Part shown: positions 14,701 through 32,700 of the stretch, in pieces | How positions within the stretch are numbered: position 1 is the first letter of the stretch | How the letters are laid out: every line of letters begins with the position of its first letter | Source: Heterodontus francisci | Taxonomy: Eukaryota | Assembly: GCF_036365525.1 (NCBI RefSeq) | Contig: NC_090378.1 | Location: 123,179,593 to 123,243,592 of the forward strand | Length of the DNA: 64,000 nucleotides | Direction of reading: 5' to 3' | Made by a program: the position numbers and the translations under genes | Notes under the pieces: generated by a model | What the model saw: only the letters and a program-made list of their open reading frames with translations | Told to the model about the DNA's origin: nothing | The model's database searches: none

Positions 14701-17700
14701 TAATGGACTTACAGTCCCACCTCCTGTACTGACACATCCCACAGTTATATATAATATATAATAATGGACACACAGTCCCACCGCCTGTACTGACACATCC
14801 CACAGATATATATAATAAAAAATAATGGACTCACAGTCCCACCTCCTGTACTGACACATCCCACAGTTATATATAATATATGATAATGGACACGCAGTCC
14901 CACCTCCTGTACTGACTCATCCCACAGTTATATATAATTTATGATAATGGACACACAGTCCCACCTCCTGTACTGACACTTCCCACAGTTACATACAATA
15001 TATAATAATGGACACACAGTCCCACCTCCTGCACTGACACGTCCCACAGTTATATACAATATATAATAATGGACACACAGTCCCACCTCCTGTACTGACA
15101 CGTCCCACAGTTATATATAATATATAATAATGGACACACAGTCCCACCTCCTGTACTGACACGTCCCACAGTTATATACAATATATAATAATGGACACAC
15201 AGTCCCACCTCCTGGACTGACACATCCCACAGTTATATGTAATATATAATAATGGACACACGGTCCCACCTCCTGTACTGACACATCCCACAGTTATATA
15301 TAATATATAATAATGGACACACAGTCCCACCTCCTGGACTGACACATCCCACAGTTATATATAATATATAATAATGGACACACCGTCTCACCTCCTGGAC
15401 TGACACATCCCACAGTTATATATAATATATAATAATGGACACTCAGTCCCACCTCCTGTACTGACACATCCCACAGTTATATATAATATATAATAATGGA
15501 CACACAGTCCCACCTCCTGTACTGACATGTCCCACAGTTATATATAAGTTATAATAATGGACACACAGTCCCACCTCCTGTACTGACACGTCCCACAGTT
15601 ATATATAATATATAATAATGGACACACAGTCCCACCTCCTGTCCTGACACGTCCCACAGTTATATAATATAATAATGGACACACAGTCCCACCTCCTGTA
15701 CTGACACCTCCCACAGTTATATATAATATATAATAATGGACACACAGTCCCATCTCCTGTACTGACACGTCCCACAGTTATATATAATATATAATAATGG
15801 ACACACAGTCCCATCTCCTGTACTGACACGTCCCACAGTTATATATAATATATAATAATGGACACATAGTCCCACCTCCTGTACTGACACATCCCACACT
15901 TATATATAATATATAATAATGGACACACAGTCCCACCTCCTGTACTGACACATCCCACACTTATATATAATATATAATAATGGACACACAGTCCCACCGC
16001 CTGTACTGACACATCCCACAGATATATATAATAAAAAATAATGGACTCACAGTCCCACCTCCTGTACTGACACATCCCACAGTTATATATAATATATAAT
16101 AATGGACACACAGTCCCACCGCCTGTACTGACACATCCCACAGATATATATAATAAAAAATAATGGACTCACAGTCCCACCTCCTGTACTGACACATCCC
16201 ACAGTTATATATAATATATGATAATGGACACGCAGTCCCACCTCCTGTACTGACTCATCCCACAGTTATATATAATTTATGATAATGGACACACAGTCCC
16301 ACCTCCTGTACTGACACTTCCCACAGTTACATACAATATATAATAATGGACACACAGTCCCACCTCCTGCACTGACACGTCCCACAGTTATATACAATAT
16401 ATAATAATGGACACACAGTCCCACCTCCTGTACTGACACGTCCCACAGTTATATATAATATATAATAATGGACACACAGTCCCACCTCCTGTACTGACAC
16501 GTCCCACAGTTATATACAATATATAATAATGGACACACAGTCCCACCTCCTGGACTGACACATCCCACAGTTATATGTAATATATAATAATGGACACACG
16601 GTCCCACCTCCTGTACTGACACATCCCACAGTTATATATAATATATAATAATGGACACACAGTCCCACCTCCTGGACTGACACATCCCACAGTTATATAT
16701 AATATATAATAATGGACACACCGTCTCACCTCCTGGACTGACACATCCCACAGTTATATATAATATATAATAATGGACACTCAGTCCCACCTCCTGTACT
16801 GACACATCCCACAGTTATATATAATAAATAATAATGGACACACAGTCCCACCTCCTGCACTGCCACATCCCACAGTTATATATAATATAGAATAATGGAC
16901 ACACAGTCCCACCGCCTGTACTGACACATCCCACAGATATATATAATAAAAAATAATGGACTCACAGTCCCACCTCCTGTACTGACACATCCCACAGTTA
17001 TATATAATATATAATAATGGACACACTGACCCACCTCCTGTACTGACACATCCCACAGTTATATATAATATATAATAATGGACACACAGTCCCACCTCCT
17101 GTACTGACACATCCCACAGATATATATAATAAAAAATAATGGACTCACAGTCCCACCTCCTGTACTGACACATCCCACAGTTATATACAATATATAATAA
17201 TGGACACACAGTCCCACCTCCTGGACTGACACATCCCACAGTTATATGTAATATATAATAATGGACACACGGTCCCACCTCCTGTACTGACACATCCCAC
17301 AGCTATATATAATATATAATAATGGACACACAGTCCCACCTCCTGGACTGACACATCCCACAGTTATATATAATATATAATAATGGACACACAGTCCCAC
17401 CTCCTGGACTGACACATCCCACAGTTATATAAAATATATAATAATGGACACGCAGTCTCACCTCCTGCACTGACACATCCCACAGTTATATGTAATATAT
17501 AATAATGGACACACGGTCCCACCTCCTGCACTGACACATCCCACAGGTATATATAATATATAATAATGGACACGCAGTCTCACCTCCTGTACTGACACAT
17601 CCCACAGTTATATGTAATATATAATAATGGAAACACGGTCCCACCTCCTGCACTGACACATCCCACAGTTATATATAATATATAATAATGGACACACAGT

Positions 17701-20700
17701 CCCACCTCCTGTACTGACACATCCCACAGTTATATATAATATATAATAATGGACACACGGTCCCACCTCCTGTACTGACACATCCCACAGTTATATATAA
17801 TATATAATAATGGACACACGGTCCCACCTCCTGTACTGAAATGTCCCACAGTTATATATAATATATAATAATGGACACACAGTCCCACCTCCTGTACTGA
17901 CATGTCCCACAGTTATATATAATATATAATAATGGACACACAGTCCCACCTCCTGTACTGACACGTCCCACAGTTATATAATATAATAATGGACACACAG
18001 TCCCACCTCCTGTACTGACACGTCCCAAAGTTATATATAATATATAATAATGGACACACAGTCCCACCTCCTGTACTGACACGTCCCACAGTTATATAAT
18101 ATAATAATGGACACACAGTCCCACCTCCTGTACTGACACGTCCCAAAGTTATATATAATATATAATAATGGACTCACAGTCCCACCTCCTGTACTGACAC
18201 ATCCCACAGTTATATATAATATATGATAATGGACACGCAGTCCCACCTCCTGTACTGACACATCCCACAGTTATATATAATTTATGATAATGGACACACA
18301 GTCCCACCTCCTGTACTGACACTTCCCACAGTTACATACAATATATAATAATGGACACACAGTCCCACCTCCTGCACTGACACGTCCCACAGTTATGTAC
18401 AATATATAATAATGGACACACAGTCCCACCTCCTGTACTGACACGTCCCACAGTTATATATAATATATAATAATGGACACACAGTCCCACCTCCTGTACT
18501 GACACGTCCCACAGTTATATACAATATATAATAATGGACACACAGTCCCACCTCCTGGACTGACACATCCCACAGTTATATGTAATATATAATAATGGAC
18601 ACACGGTCCCACCTCCTGTACTGACACATCCCACAGTTATATATAATATATAATAATGGACACACAGTCCCACCTCCTGGACTGACACATCCCACAGTTA
18701 TATATAATATATAATAATGGACACACCGTCTCACCTCCTGGACTGACACATCCCACAGTTATATATAATATATAATAATGGACACTCAGTCCCACCTCCT
18801 GTACTGACACATCCCACAGTTATATATAATAAATAATAATGGACACACAGTCCCACCTCCTGCACTGACACATCCCACAGTTATATATAATATATAATAA
18901 TGGACACACAGTCCCACCTCCTGTACTGACACATCCCACATTTATATATAATATATAATAATGGACACACAGTCCCACCTCCTGTACTGACACATCCCAC
19001 AGTTATATATAATATATAATAATGGACACACAGTCCCACCTCCTGGACTGACACATCCCACAGTTATATATAATAAATAATAATGGACACACAGTCCCAC
19101 CTCCTGTACTGACACATCCCACAGTTATATATAATAAATAATAATGGACACACAGTCCCACCTCCTGTACTGACACATCCCACAGTTATATATAATATAT
19201 AATAATGGACACTCAGTCCCACCTCCTGTACTGACACATCCCACAGTTATATATAATAAATAATAATGGACACACAGTCCCACCTCCTGCACTGACACAT
19301 CCCACAGTTATATATAATATATAATAATGGACACACAGTCCCACCTCCTGTACTGACACATCCCACAGTTATATATAATATATAATAATGGACACACAGT
19401 CCCACCTCCTGTACTGACACATCCCACATTTATATATAATATATAATAATGGACACACAGTCCCACCTCCTGGACTGACACATCCCACAGTTATATATAA
19501 TAAATAATAATGGACACACAGTCCCACCTCCTGTACTGACACATCCCACAGTTATATATAATAAATAATAATGGACACACAGTCCCACCTCCTGTACTGA
19601 CACATCCCACAGTTATATATAATATATAATAATGGACACACAGTCCCACCTCCTGGACTGACACATCCCACAGTTATATATAATAAATAATAATGGACAC
19701 ACAGTCCCACCTCCTGTACTGACACATCCCACAGTTATATATAATAAATAATAATGGACACACAGTCCCACCTCCTGTACTGACACATCCCACAGTTATA
19801 TATAATATATAATAATGGACACTCAGTCCCACCTCCTGTACTGACACATCCCACAGTTATATATAATATATAATAATGGACACACAGTCCCACCTCCTGC
19901 ACTGACACATCCCACAGTTATATATAATATATAATAATGGACACACAGTCCCACCTCCTGTACTGACACATCCCACAGTTATATATAATATATAATAATG
20001 GACACACAGTCCCACCTCCTGTACTGACACATCCCACATTTATATATAATATATAATAATGGACACACAGTCCCACCTCCTGCACTGACACATCCCACAG
20101 TTATATATAATATATAATAATGGACACACAGTCCCACCGCCTGTACTGACACATCCCACAGATATATATAATAAAAAATAATGGACTCACAGTCCCACCT
20201 CCTGTACTGACACATCCCACAGCTATATATAATATATAATAATGGACACACAGTCCCACCTCCTGGACTGACACATCCCACAGTTATATATAATATATAA
20301 TAATGGACACACTGACCCACCTCCTGTACTGACACATCCCACAGTTATATATAATATATAATAATGGACACACAGTCCCACCTCCTGTACTGACACATCC
20401 CACAGATATATATAATAAAAAATAATGGACTCACAGTCCCACCTCCTGTACTGACACATCCCACAGTTATATACAATATATAATAATGGACACACAGTTC
20501 CACCTCCTGGACTGACACGTCCCACAGTTATATACAATATATAATAATGGACACACAGTCCCACCTCCTGGACTGACACATCCCACAGTTATATGTAATA
20601 TATAATAATGGACACACGGTCCCACCTCCTGTACTGACACATCCCACAGCTATATATAATATATAATAATGGACACACAGTCCCACCTCCTGGACTGACA

Positions 20701-23700
20701 CATCCCACAGTTATATATAATATATAATAATGGACACACAGTCCCACCTCCTGGACTGACACATCCCACAGTTATATGTAATATATAATAATGGACACAC
20801 GGTCCCACCTCCTGTACTGACACATCCCACAGCTATATATAATATATAATAATGGACACACAGTCCCACCTCCTGGACTGACACATCCCACAGTTATATA
20901 TAATATATAATAATGGACACATAGTCTCACCTCCTGCACTGACACATCCCACAGTTATATGTAATATATAATAATGGACACACGGTCCCACCTCCTGCAC
21001 TGACACATCCCACAGTTATATATAATATATAATAATGGACACGCAGTCTCACCTCCTGTACTGACACATCCCACAGTTATATGTAATATATAATAATGGA
21101 CACACGGTCCCACCTCCTGCACTGACACATCCCACAGTTATATATAATATATAATAATGGACACACAGTCCCACCTCCTGTACTGAAATGTCCCACAGTT
21201 ATATATAATATATAATAATGGACACACAGTCCCACCTCCTGTACTGACACGTCCCAAAGTTATATATAATATATAATAATGGACACACAGTCCCACCTCC
21301 TGTACTGACATGTCCCACAGTTATATATAATATATAATAATGGACACACAGTCCCACCTCCTGTACTGACACGTCCACAGTTATATAATATAATAATGGA
21401 CACACAGTCCCACCTCCTGTACTGACACGTCCCAAAGTTATATATAATATATAATAATGGACACACAGTCCCACCTCCTGTACTGACATGTCCCACAGTT
21501 ATATATAATATATAATAATGGACACACAGTCCCACCTCCTGTACTGACACGTCCCACAGTTATATAATATAATAATGGACACACAGTCCCACCTCCTGTA
21601 CTGACACGTCCCACAGTTATATATAATATATAATAATGGACACACAGTCCCACCTCCTGTACTGACACGTCCCACAGTTATATATAATATATAATAATGG
21701 ACACACAGTCCCACCTCCTGTACTGACACATCCCACAGTTATATATAATATATAATAATGGACACACAGTCCCACCTCCTGTACTGACACGTCCCACAGT
21801 TATATAATATAATAATGGACACACAGTCCCACCTCCTGCACTGACACGTCCCACAGTTCTATATAAGATATAATAATGAACACACAGTCCCACCTCCGGT
21901 ACTGACACATCCCACAGTTATATATAATATATAATAATGGACACACAGTCCCACCTCCTGTACTGACACGTCCACAGTTATATATAATATATAATAATGG
22001 ACACACAGTCCCACCTCCTGTCCTGACAAGTCCCACAGTTATATATAATATATAATAATGGACACACAGTCCCACCTCCTGTACTGACACGTCCACAGTT
22101 ATATATAATATATAATAATGGACACACAGTCCCACCTCCTGTACTGACACATCCCACAGTTATATATAATATATAATAATGGACACACAGTCCCACCTCC
22201 TGTACTGACATGTCCCACAGTTATATAATATAATAATGGACACACAGTCCCACCTCCTGTACTGACATGTCCCACAGTTATATAATATAATAATGGACAC
22301 ACAGTCCCACTTCCTGTACTGACATTTCCCACAGTTATATAATATAATAATGGACACACAGTCCCACCTCCTGTACTGACACATCCCACAGTTATATATA
22401 ATATATAATAATGGACACACAGTCCCACCTCCTGTACTGACATGTCCCACAGTTATATAATATAATAATGGACACACAGTCCCACCTCCTGTACTGACAT
22501 GTCCCACAGTTATATAATATAATAATGGACACACAGTCCCACCTCCTGTACTGACACATCCCACTGTTATATATAATATATAATAATGGACACACAGTCC
22601 CAGCTCCTGTACTGACACATCCCACAGTTATATATAATATATAATAATGGACACACAGTCCCACCTCCTGTACTGACACATCCCACAGTTATATAATATA
22701 ATAATGGACACACAGTACCACCTCCTGTACTGACACGTCCCACAATTACATATAATATATAATAATGGACACACAGTCCCACCTCCTGTACTGACACGTC
22801 CCACAGTTATATATAAGATATAATAATGGACACACAGTCCCACCTCCTGTACTGACACGTCCCACAGTTATATATAATATATAATAATGGACACACAGTC
22901 CCACCTCCTGTCCTGACACGTCCCACAGTTATATAATATAATAATGGACACACAGTCCCACCTCCTGTACTGACAGCTCCCACAGTTATATATAATATAT
23001 AATAATGGACACACAGTCCCATCTCCTGTACTGACACGTCCCACAGTTATATATAATATATAATAATGGACACACAGTCCCATCTCCTGTACTGACACGT
23101 CCCACAGTTATATATAATATATAATAATGGACACATAGTCCCACCTCCTGTACTGACACATCCCACACTTATATATAATATATAATAATGGACACACAGT
23201 CCCACCTCCTGTACTGACACATCCCACACTTATATATAATATATAATAATGGACACACAGTCCCACCGCCTGTACTGACACATCCCACAGTTATATATAA
23301 TAATGGACACACAGTCCCACCGCCTGTACTGACACATCCCACAGATATATATAATAAAAAATAATGGACTCACAGTCCCACCTCCTGTACTGACACATCC
23401 CACAGTTATATATAATATATGATAATGGACAGGCAGTCCCACCTCCTGTACTGACACATCCCACAGTTATATATAATTTATGATAATGGACACACAGTCC
23501 CACCTCCTGTACTGACATTTCCCACAGTTACATACAATATATAATAATGGACACACAGTCCCACCTCCTGTACTGACACGTCCCTCAGTTATATACAATA
23601 TATAATAATGGACACACAGTCCCACCTCCTGTACTGACACGTCCCACAGTTATATATAATATATAATAATGGACACACAGTCCCACCTCCTGTACTGACA

Positions 23701-26700
23701 CGTCCCACAGTTATATACAATATATAATAATGGACACACAGTCCCACCTCCTGGACTGACACATCCCACAGTTATATGTAATATATAATAATGGACACAC
23801 GGTCCCACCTCCTGTACTGACACATCCCACAGTTATATATAATATATAATAATGGACACACAGTCCCACCTCCTGGACTGACACATCCCACAGTTATATA
23901 TAATATATAATAATGGACACACCGTCTCACCTCCTGGACTGACACATCCCACAGTTATATATAATATATAATAATGGACACTCAGTCCCACCTCCTGTAC
24001 TGACACATCCCACAGTTATATATAATAAATAATAATGGACACACAGTCCCACCTCCTGCACTGACACATCCCACAGTTATATATAATATATAATAATGGA
24101 CACACAGTCCCACCTCCTGCACTGCCACATCCCACAGTTATATATAATATATAATAATGGACACACAGTCCCACCGCCTGTACTGACACATCCCACAGAT
24201 ATATATAATAAAAAATAATGGACTCACAGTCCCACCTCCTGTACTGACACATCCCACAGTTATATATAATATATAATAATGGACACACTGACCCACCTCC
24301 TGTACTGACACATCCCACAGTTATATATAATATATAATAATGGACACACAGCCCCACCTCATGTACTGACACATCCCACAGATATATATAATAAAAAATA
24401 ATGGACTCACAGTCCCACCTCCTGTACTGACACATCCCACAGTTATATACAATATATAATAATGGACACACAGTTCCACCTCCTGGACTGACACGTCCCA
24501 CAGTTATATACAATATATAATAATGGACACACAGTCCCACCTCCTGGACTGACACATCCCACAGTTATATGTAATATATAATAATGGACACACGGTCCCA
24601 CCTCCTGTACTGACACATCCCACAGCTATATATAATATATAATAATGGACACACAGTCCCACCTCCTGGACTGACACATCCCACAGTTATATATAATATA
24701 TAATAATGGACACACAGTCCCACCTCCTGGACTGACACATCCCACAGTGATATATAATATATAATAATGGACACACAGTCCCACCTCCTGTACTGACATG
24801 TCCCACAGTTATATAATATAATAATGGACACACAGTCCCACCTCCTGTACTGACATGTCCCACAGTTATATAATATAATAATGGACACACAGTCCCACCT
24901 CCTGTACTGACACATCCCACTGTTATATATAATATATAATAATGGACACACAGTCCCACCTCCTGTACTGACATGTCCCACAGTTATATAATATAATAAT
25001 GGACACACAGTCCCACCTCCTGTACTGACACATCCCACTGTTATATATAATATATAATAATGGACACACAGTCCCAGCTCCTGTACTGACACATCCCACA
25101 GTTATATATAATATATAATAATGGACACACAGTCCCACCTCCTGTACTGACATGTCCCACAGTTATATAATATAATAATGGACACACAGTCCCACCTCCT
25201 GTACTGACACATCCCACTGTTATATATAATATATAATAATGGACACACAGTCCCACCTCCTGTACTGACATGTCCCACAGTTATATAATATAATAATGGA
25301 CACACAGTCCCACCTCCTGTACTGACACATCCCACTGTTATATATAATATATAATAATGGACACACAGTCCCAGCTCCTGTACTGACACATCCCACAGTT
25401 ATATATAATATATAATAATGGACACACAGTCCCACCTCCTTTACTGACACATCCCACAGTTATATAATATAATAATGGACACACAGTACCACCTCCTGTA
25501 CTGACACGTCCCACAATTACATATAATATATAATAATGGACACAAAGTCCCACCTCCTGTACTGACACGTCCCACAGTTATATATAAGATATAATAATGG
25601 ACACACAGTCCCACCTCCTGTACTGACACGTCCCACAGTTATATATAATATATAATAATGGACACACAGTCCCACCTCCTGTCCTGACACGTCCCACAGT
25701 TATATAATATAATAATGGACACACAGTCCCACTTCCTGTACTGACACCTCCCACAGTTATATATAATATATAATAATGGACACACAGTCCCATCTCCTGT
25801 ACTGACATGTCCCACAGTTATATATAATATATAATAATGGACACACAGTCCCATCTCCTGTACTGACACGTCCCACAGTTATATATAATATATAATAATG
25901 GACACATAGTCCCACCTCCTGTACTGACACATCCCACACTTATATATAATATATAATAATGGACACACAGTCCCACCTCCTGTACTGACACATCCCACAC
26001 TTATATATAATATATAATAATGGACACACAGTCCCACCGCCTGTACTGACACATCCCACAGATATATATAATAAAAAATAATGGTCTCACAGTCCCACCT
26101 CCTGTACTGACACATCCCACAGTTATATATAATATATAATAATGGACACACAGTCCCACCGCCTGTACTGACACATCCCACAGATATATATAATAAAAAA
26201 TAATGGACTCACAGTCCCACCTCCTGTACTGACACATCCCACAGTTATATATAATATCTGATAATGGACACGCAGTCCCACCTCCTGTACTGACACATCC
26301 CACAGTTATATATAATTTATGATAATGGACACACAGTCCCACCTCCTGTACTGACACTTCCCACAGTTACATACAATATATAATAATGGACACACAGTCC
26401 CACCTCCTGTACTGACACGTCCCACAGTTATATACAATATATAATAATGGACACACAGTCCCACCTCCTGTACTGACACGTCCCACAGTTATATATAATA
26501 TATAATAATGGACACACAGTCCCACCTCCTGTACTGACACTTCCCACAGTTATATACAATATATAATAATGGACACACAGTCCCACCTCCTGGACTGACA
26601 CATCCCACAGTTATATAATATAATAATGGACACACAGTACCACCTCCTGTACTGACACGTCCCACAATTACATATAATATATAATAATGGACACAAAGTC

Positions 26701-29700
26701 CCACCTCCTGTACTGACACGTCCCACAGTTATATATAAGATATAATAATGGACACACAGTCCCACCTCCTGTACTGACACGTCCCACAGTTATATATAAT
26801 ATATAATAATGGACACACAGTCCCACCTCCTGTCCTGACACGTCCCACAGTTATATAATATAATAATGGACACACAGTCCCACCTCCTGTACTGACACCT
26901 CCCACAGTTATATATAATATATAATAATGGACACACAGTCCCATCTCCTGTACTGACACGTCCCACAGTTATATATAATATATAATAATGGACACACAGT
27001 CCCATCTCCTGTACTGACACGTCCCACAGTTATATATAATATATAATAATGGACACATAGTCCCACCTCCTGTACTGACACATCCCACACTTATATATAA
27101 TATATAATAATGGACACACAGTCCCACCTCCTGTACTGACACATCCCACACTTATATATAATATATAATAATGGACACACAGTCCCACCGCCTGTACTGA
27201 CACATCCCACAGATATATATAATAAAAAATAATGGACTCACAGTCCCACCTCCTGTACTGACACATCCCACAGTTATATATAATATATAATAATGGACAC
27301 ACAGTCCCACCGCCTGTACTGACACATCCCACAGATATATATAATAAAAAATAATGGACTCACAGTCCCACCTCCTGTACTGACACATCCCACAGTTATA
27401 TATAATATATGATAATGGACACGCAGTCCCACCTCCTGTACTGACACATCCCACAGTTATATATAATTTATGATAATGGACACACAGTCCCACCTCCTGT
27501 ACTGACACTTCCCACAGTTACATACAATATATAATAATGGACACACAGTCCCACCTCCTGTACTGACACGTCCCACAGTTATATACAATATATAATAATG
27601 GACACACAGTCCCACCTCCTGTACTGACACGTCCCACAGTTATATATAATATATAATAATGGACACACAGTCCCACCTCCTGTACTGACACGTCCCACAG
27701 TTATATACAATATATAATAATGGACACACAGTCCCACCTCCTGGACTGACACATCCCACAGTTATATGTAATATATAATAATGGACACACGGTCCCACCT
27801 CCTGTACTGACACATCCCACAGTTATATATAATATATAATAATGGACACACAGTCCCACCTCCTGGACTGACACATCCCACAGTTATATATAATATATAA
27901 TAATGGACACACCGTCTCACCTCCTGGACTGACACATCCCACAGTTATATATAATATATAATAATGGACACTCAGTCCCACCTCCTGTACTGACACATCC
28001 CACAGTTATATATAATAAATAATAATGGACACACAGTCCCACCTCCTGCACTGACACATCCCACAGTTATATATAATATATAATAATGGACACACAGTCC
28101 CACCTCCTGCACTGCCACATCCCACAGTTATATATAATATATAATAATGGACACACAGTCCCACCGCCTGTACTGACACATCCCACAGATATATATAATA
28201 AAAAATAATGGACTCACAGTCCCACCTCCTGTACTGACACATCCCACAGTTATATATAATATATAATAATGGACACACTGACCCACCTCCTGTACTGACA
28301 CATCCCACAGTTATATATAATATATAATAATGGACACACAGCCCCACCTCATGTACTGACACATCCCACAGATATATATAATAAAAAATAATGGACTCAC
28401 AGTCCCACCTCCTGTACTGACACATCCCACAGTTATATACAATATATAATAATGGACACACAGTCCCACCTCCTGGACTGACACATCCCACAGTTATATA
28501 CAATATATAATAATGGACACACAGCCCCACCTCATGTACTGACACATCCCACAGATATATATAATAAAAAATAATGGACTCACAGTCCCACCTCCTGTAC
28601 TGACACATCCCACAGTTATATACAATATATAATAATGGACACACAGCCCCACCTCATGTACTGACACATCCCACAGATATATATAATAAAAAATAATGGA
28701 CTCACAGTCCCACCTCCTGTACTGACACATCCCACAGTTATATACAATATATAATAATGGACACACAGTCCCACCTCCTGGACTGACACATCCCACAGTT
28801 ATATATAATATATAATAATGGACACACAGTCCCACCTCCTGTACTGACACATCCCACAGTTATATATAATATATAATAATGGACACACAGCCCCACCTCA
28901 TGTACTGACACATCCCACAGATATATATAATAAAAAATAATGGACTCACAGTCCCACCTCCTGTACTGACACATCCCACAGTTATATACAATATATAATA
29001 ATGGACACACAGTCCCACCTCCTGGACTGACACATCCCACAGTTATATATAATATATAATAATGGACACACAGCCCCACCTCATGTACTGACACATCCCA
29101 CAGATATATATAATAAAAAATAATGGACTCACAGTCCCACCTCCTGGACTGACACGTCCCACAGTTATATACAATATATAATAATGGACACACAGTCCCA
29201 CCTCCTGGACTGACACATCCCACAGTTATATATAATATATAATAATGGACACACAGTCCCACCTCCTGTACTGACACGTCCCACAGTTATATATAATATA
29301 TAATAATGGACACACAGTCCCACCTCCTGTACTGACACGTCCCACAGTTATATACAAAATATAATAATGGACACACAGTCCCACCTCCTGGACTGACACA
29401 TCCCACAGTTATATGTAATATATAATAATGGACACACGGTCCCACCTCCTGTACTGACACATCCCACAGTTATATATAATATATAATAATGGACACACAG
29501 TCCCACCTCCTGGACTGACACATCCCACAGTTATATATAATATATAATAATGGACACACCGTCTCACCTCCTGGACTGACACATCCCACAGTTATATATA
29601 ATATATAATAATGGACACTCAGTCCCACCTCCTGTACTGACACATCCCACAGTTATATATAATAAATAATAATGGACACACAGTCCCACCTCCTGCACTG

Positions 29701-32700
29701 ACACATCCCACAGTTATATATAATATATAATAATGGACACACAGTCCCACCTCCTGCACTGCCACATCCCACAGTTATATATAATATATAATAATGGACA
29801 CACAGTCCCACCGCCTGTACTGACACATCCCACAGATATATATAATAAAAAATAATGGACTCACAGTCCCACCTCCTGTACTGACACATCCCACAGTTAT
29901 ATATAATATATAATAATGGACACACTGACCCACCTCCTGTACTGACACATCCCACAGTTATATATAATATATAATAATGGACACACAGCCCCACCTCATG
30001 TACTGACACATCCCACAGATATATATAATAAAAAATAATGGACTCACAGTCCCACCTCCTGTACTGACACATCCCACAGTTATATACAATATATAATAAT
30101 GGACACACAGTTCCACCTCCTGGACTGACACGTCCCACAGTTATATACAATATATAATAATGGACACACAGTCCCACCTCCTGGACTGACACATCCCACA
30201 GTTATATGTAATATATAATAATGGACGCACGGTCCCACCTCCTGTACTGACACATCCCACAGCTATATATAATATATAATAATGGACACACAGTCCCACC
30301 TCCTGGACTGACATATCCCACAGTTATATATAATATATAATAATGGACACACAGTCCCACCTCCTGGACTGACACATCCCACAGTTATATATAATATATA
30401 ATAATGGACACACAGTCCCACCTCCTGTACTGACATGTCCCACAGTTATATAATATAATAATGGACACACAGTCCCACCTCCTGTACTGACATGTCCCAC
30501 AGTTATATAATATAATAATGGACACACAGTCCCACCTCCTGTACTGACACATCCCACTGTTATATATAATATATAATAATGGACACACAGTCCCACCTCC
30601 TGTACTGACATGTCCCACAGTTATATAATATAATAATGGACACACAGTCCCACCTCCTGTACTGACACATCCCACTGTTATATATAATATATAATAATGG
30701 ACACACAGTCCCAGCTCCTGTACTGACACATCCCACAGTTATATATAATATATAATAATGGACACACAGTCCCACCTCCTGTACTGACATGTCCCACAGT
30801 TATATAATATAATAATGGACACACAGTCCCACCTCCTGTACTGACACATCCCACTGTTATATATAATATATAATAATGGACACACAGTCCCACCTCCTGT
30901 ACTGACACATCCCACTGTTATATATAATATATAATAATGGACACACAGTCCCAGCTCCTGTACTGACACATCCCACAGTTATATATAATATATAATAATG
31001 GACACACAGTCCCACCTCCTTTACTGACACATCCCACAGTTATATAATATAATAATGGACACACAGTCCCAGCTCCTGTACTGACACATCCCACAGTTAT
31101 ATATAATATATAATAATGGACACACAGTCCCACCTCCTGTACTGACATGTCCCACAGTTATATAATATAATAATGGACACACAGTCCCACCTCCTGGACT
31201 GACATATCCCACAGTTATATATAATATATAATAATGGACACACAGTCCCACCTCCTGGACTGACACATCCCACAGTTATATATAATATATAATAATGGAC
31301 ACACAGTCCCACCTCCTGTACTGACATGTCCCACAGTTATATAATATAATAATGGACACACAGTCCCACCTCCTGTACTGACATGTCCCACAGTTATATA
31401 ATATAATAATGGACACACAGTCCCACCTCCTGTACTGACACATCCCACTGTTATATATAATATATAATAATGGACACACAGTCCCACCTCCTGTACTGAC
31501 ATGTCCCACAGTTATATAATATAATAATGGACACACAGTCCCACCTCCTGTACTGACACATCCCACTGTTATATATAATATATAATAATGGACACACAGT
31601 CCCAGCTCCTGTACTGACACATCCCACAGTTATATATAATATATAATAATGGACACACAGTCCCACCTCCTGTACTGACATGTCCCACAGTTATATAATA
31701 TAATAATGGACACACAGTCCCACCTCCTGTACTGACACATCCCACTGTTATATATAATATATAATAATGGACACACAGTCCCACCTCCTGTACTGACACA
31801 TCCCACTGTTATATATAATATATAATAATGGACACACAGTCCCAGCTCCTGTACTGACACATCCCACAGTTATATATAATATATAATAATGGACACACAG
31901 TCCCACCTCCTTTACTGACACATCCCACAGTTATATAATATAATAATGGACACACAGTCCCAGCTCCTGTACTGACACATCCCACAGTTATATATAATAT
32001 ATAATAATGGACACACAGTCCCACCTCCTTTACTGATACATCCCACAGTTATATAATATAATAATGGACACACAGTCCCACCTCCTGTACTGACACATCC
32101 CACTGTTATATATAATATATAATAATGGACACACAGTCCCAGCTCCTGTACTGACACATCCCACAGTTATATATAATATATAATAATGGACACACAGTCC
32201 CACCTCCTTTACTGACACATCCCACAGTTATATAATATAATAATGGACACACAGTACCACCTCCTGTACTGACACGTCCCACAATTACATATAATATATA
32301 ATAATGGACACAAAGTCCCACCTCCTGTACTGACACGTCCCACAGTTATATATAAGATATAATAATGGACACACAGTCCCACCTCCTGTACTGACACGTC
32401 CCACAGTTATATATAATATATAATAATGGACACACAGTCCCACCTCCTGTCCTGACACGTCCCACAGTTATATAATATAATAATGGACACACAGTCCCAC
32501 TTCCTGTACTGACACCTCCCACAGTTATATATAATATATAATAATGGACACACAGTCCCATCTCCTGTACTGACACGTCCCACAGTTATATATAATATAT
32601 AATAATGGACACACAGTCCCACCTCCTGTACTGACACATCCCACAGTTATATATAATATATGATAATGGACACGCAGTCCCACCTCCTGTACTGACACAT

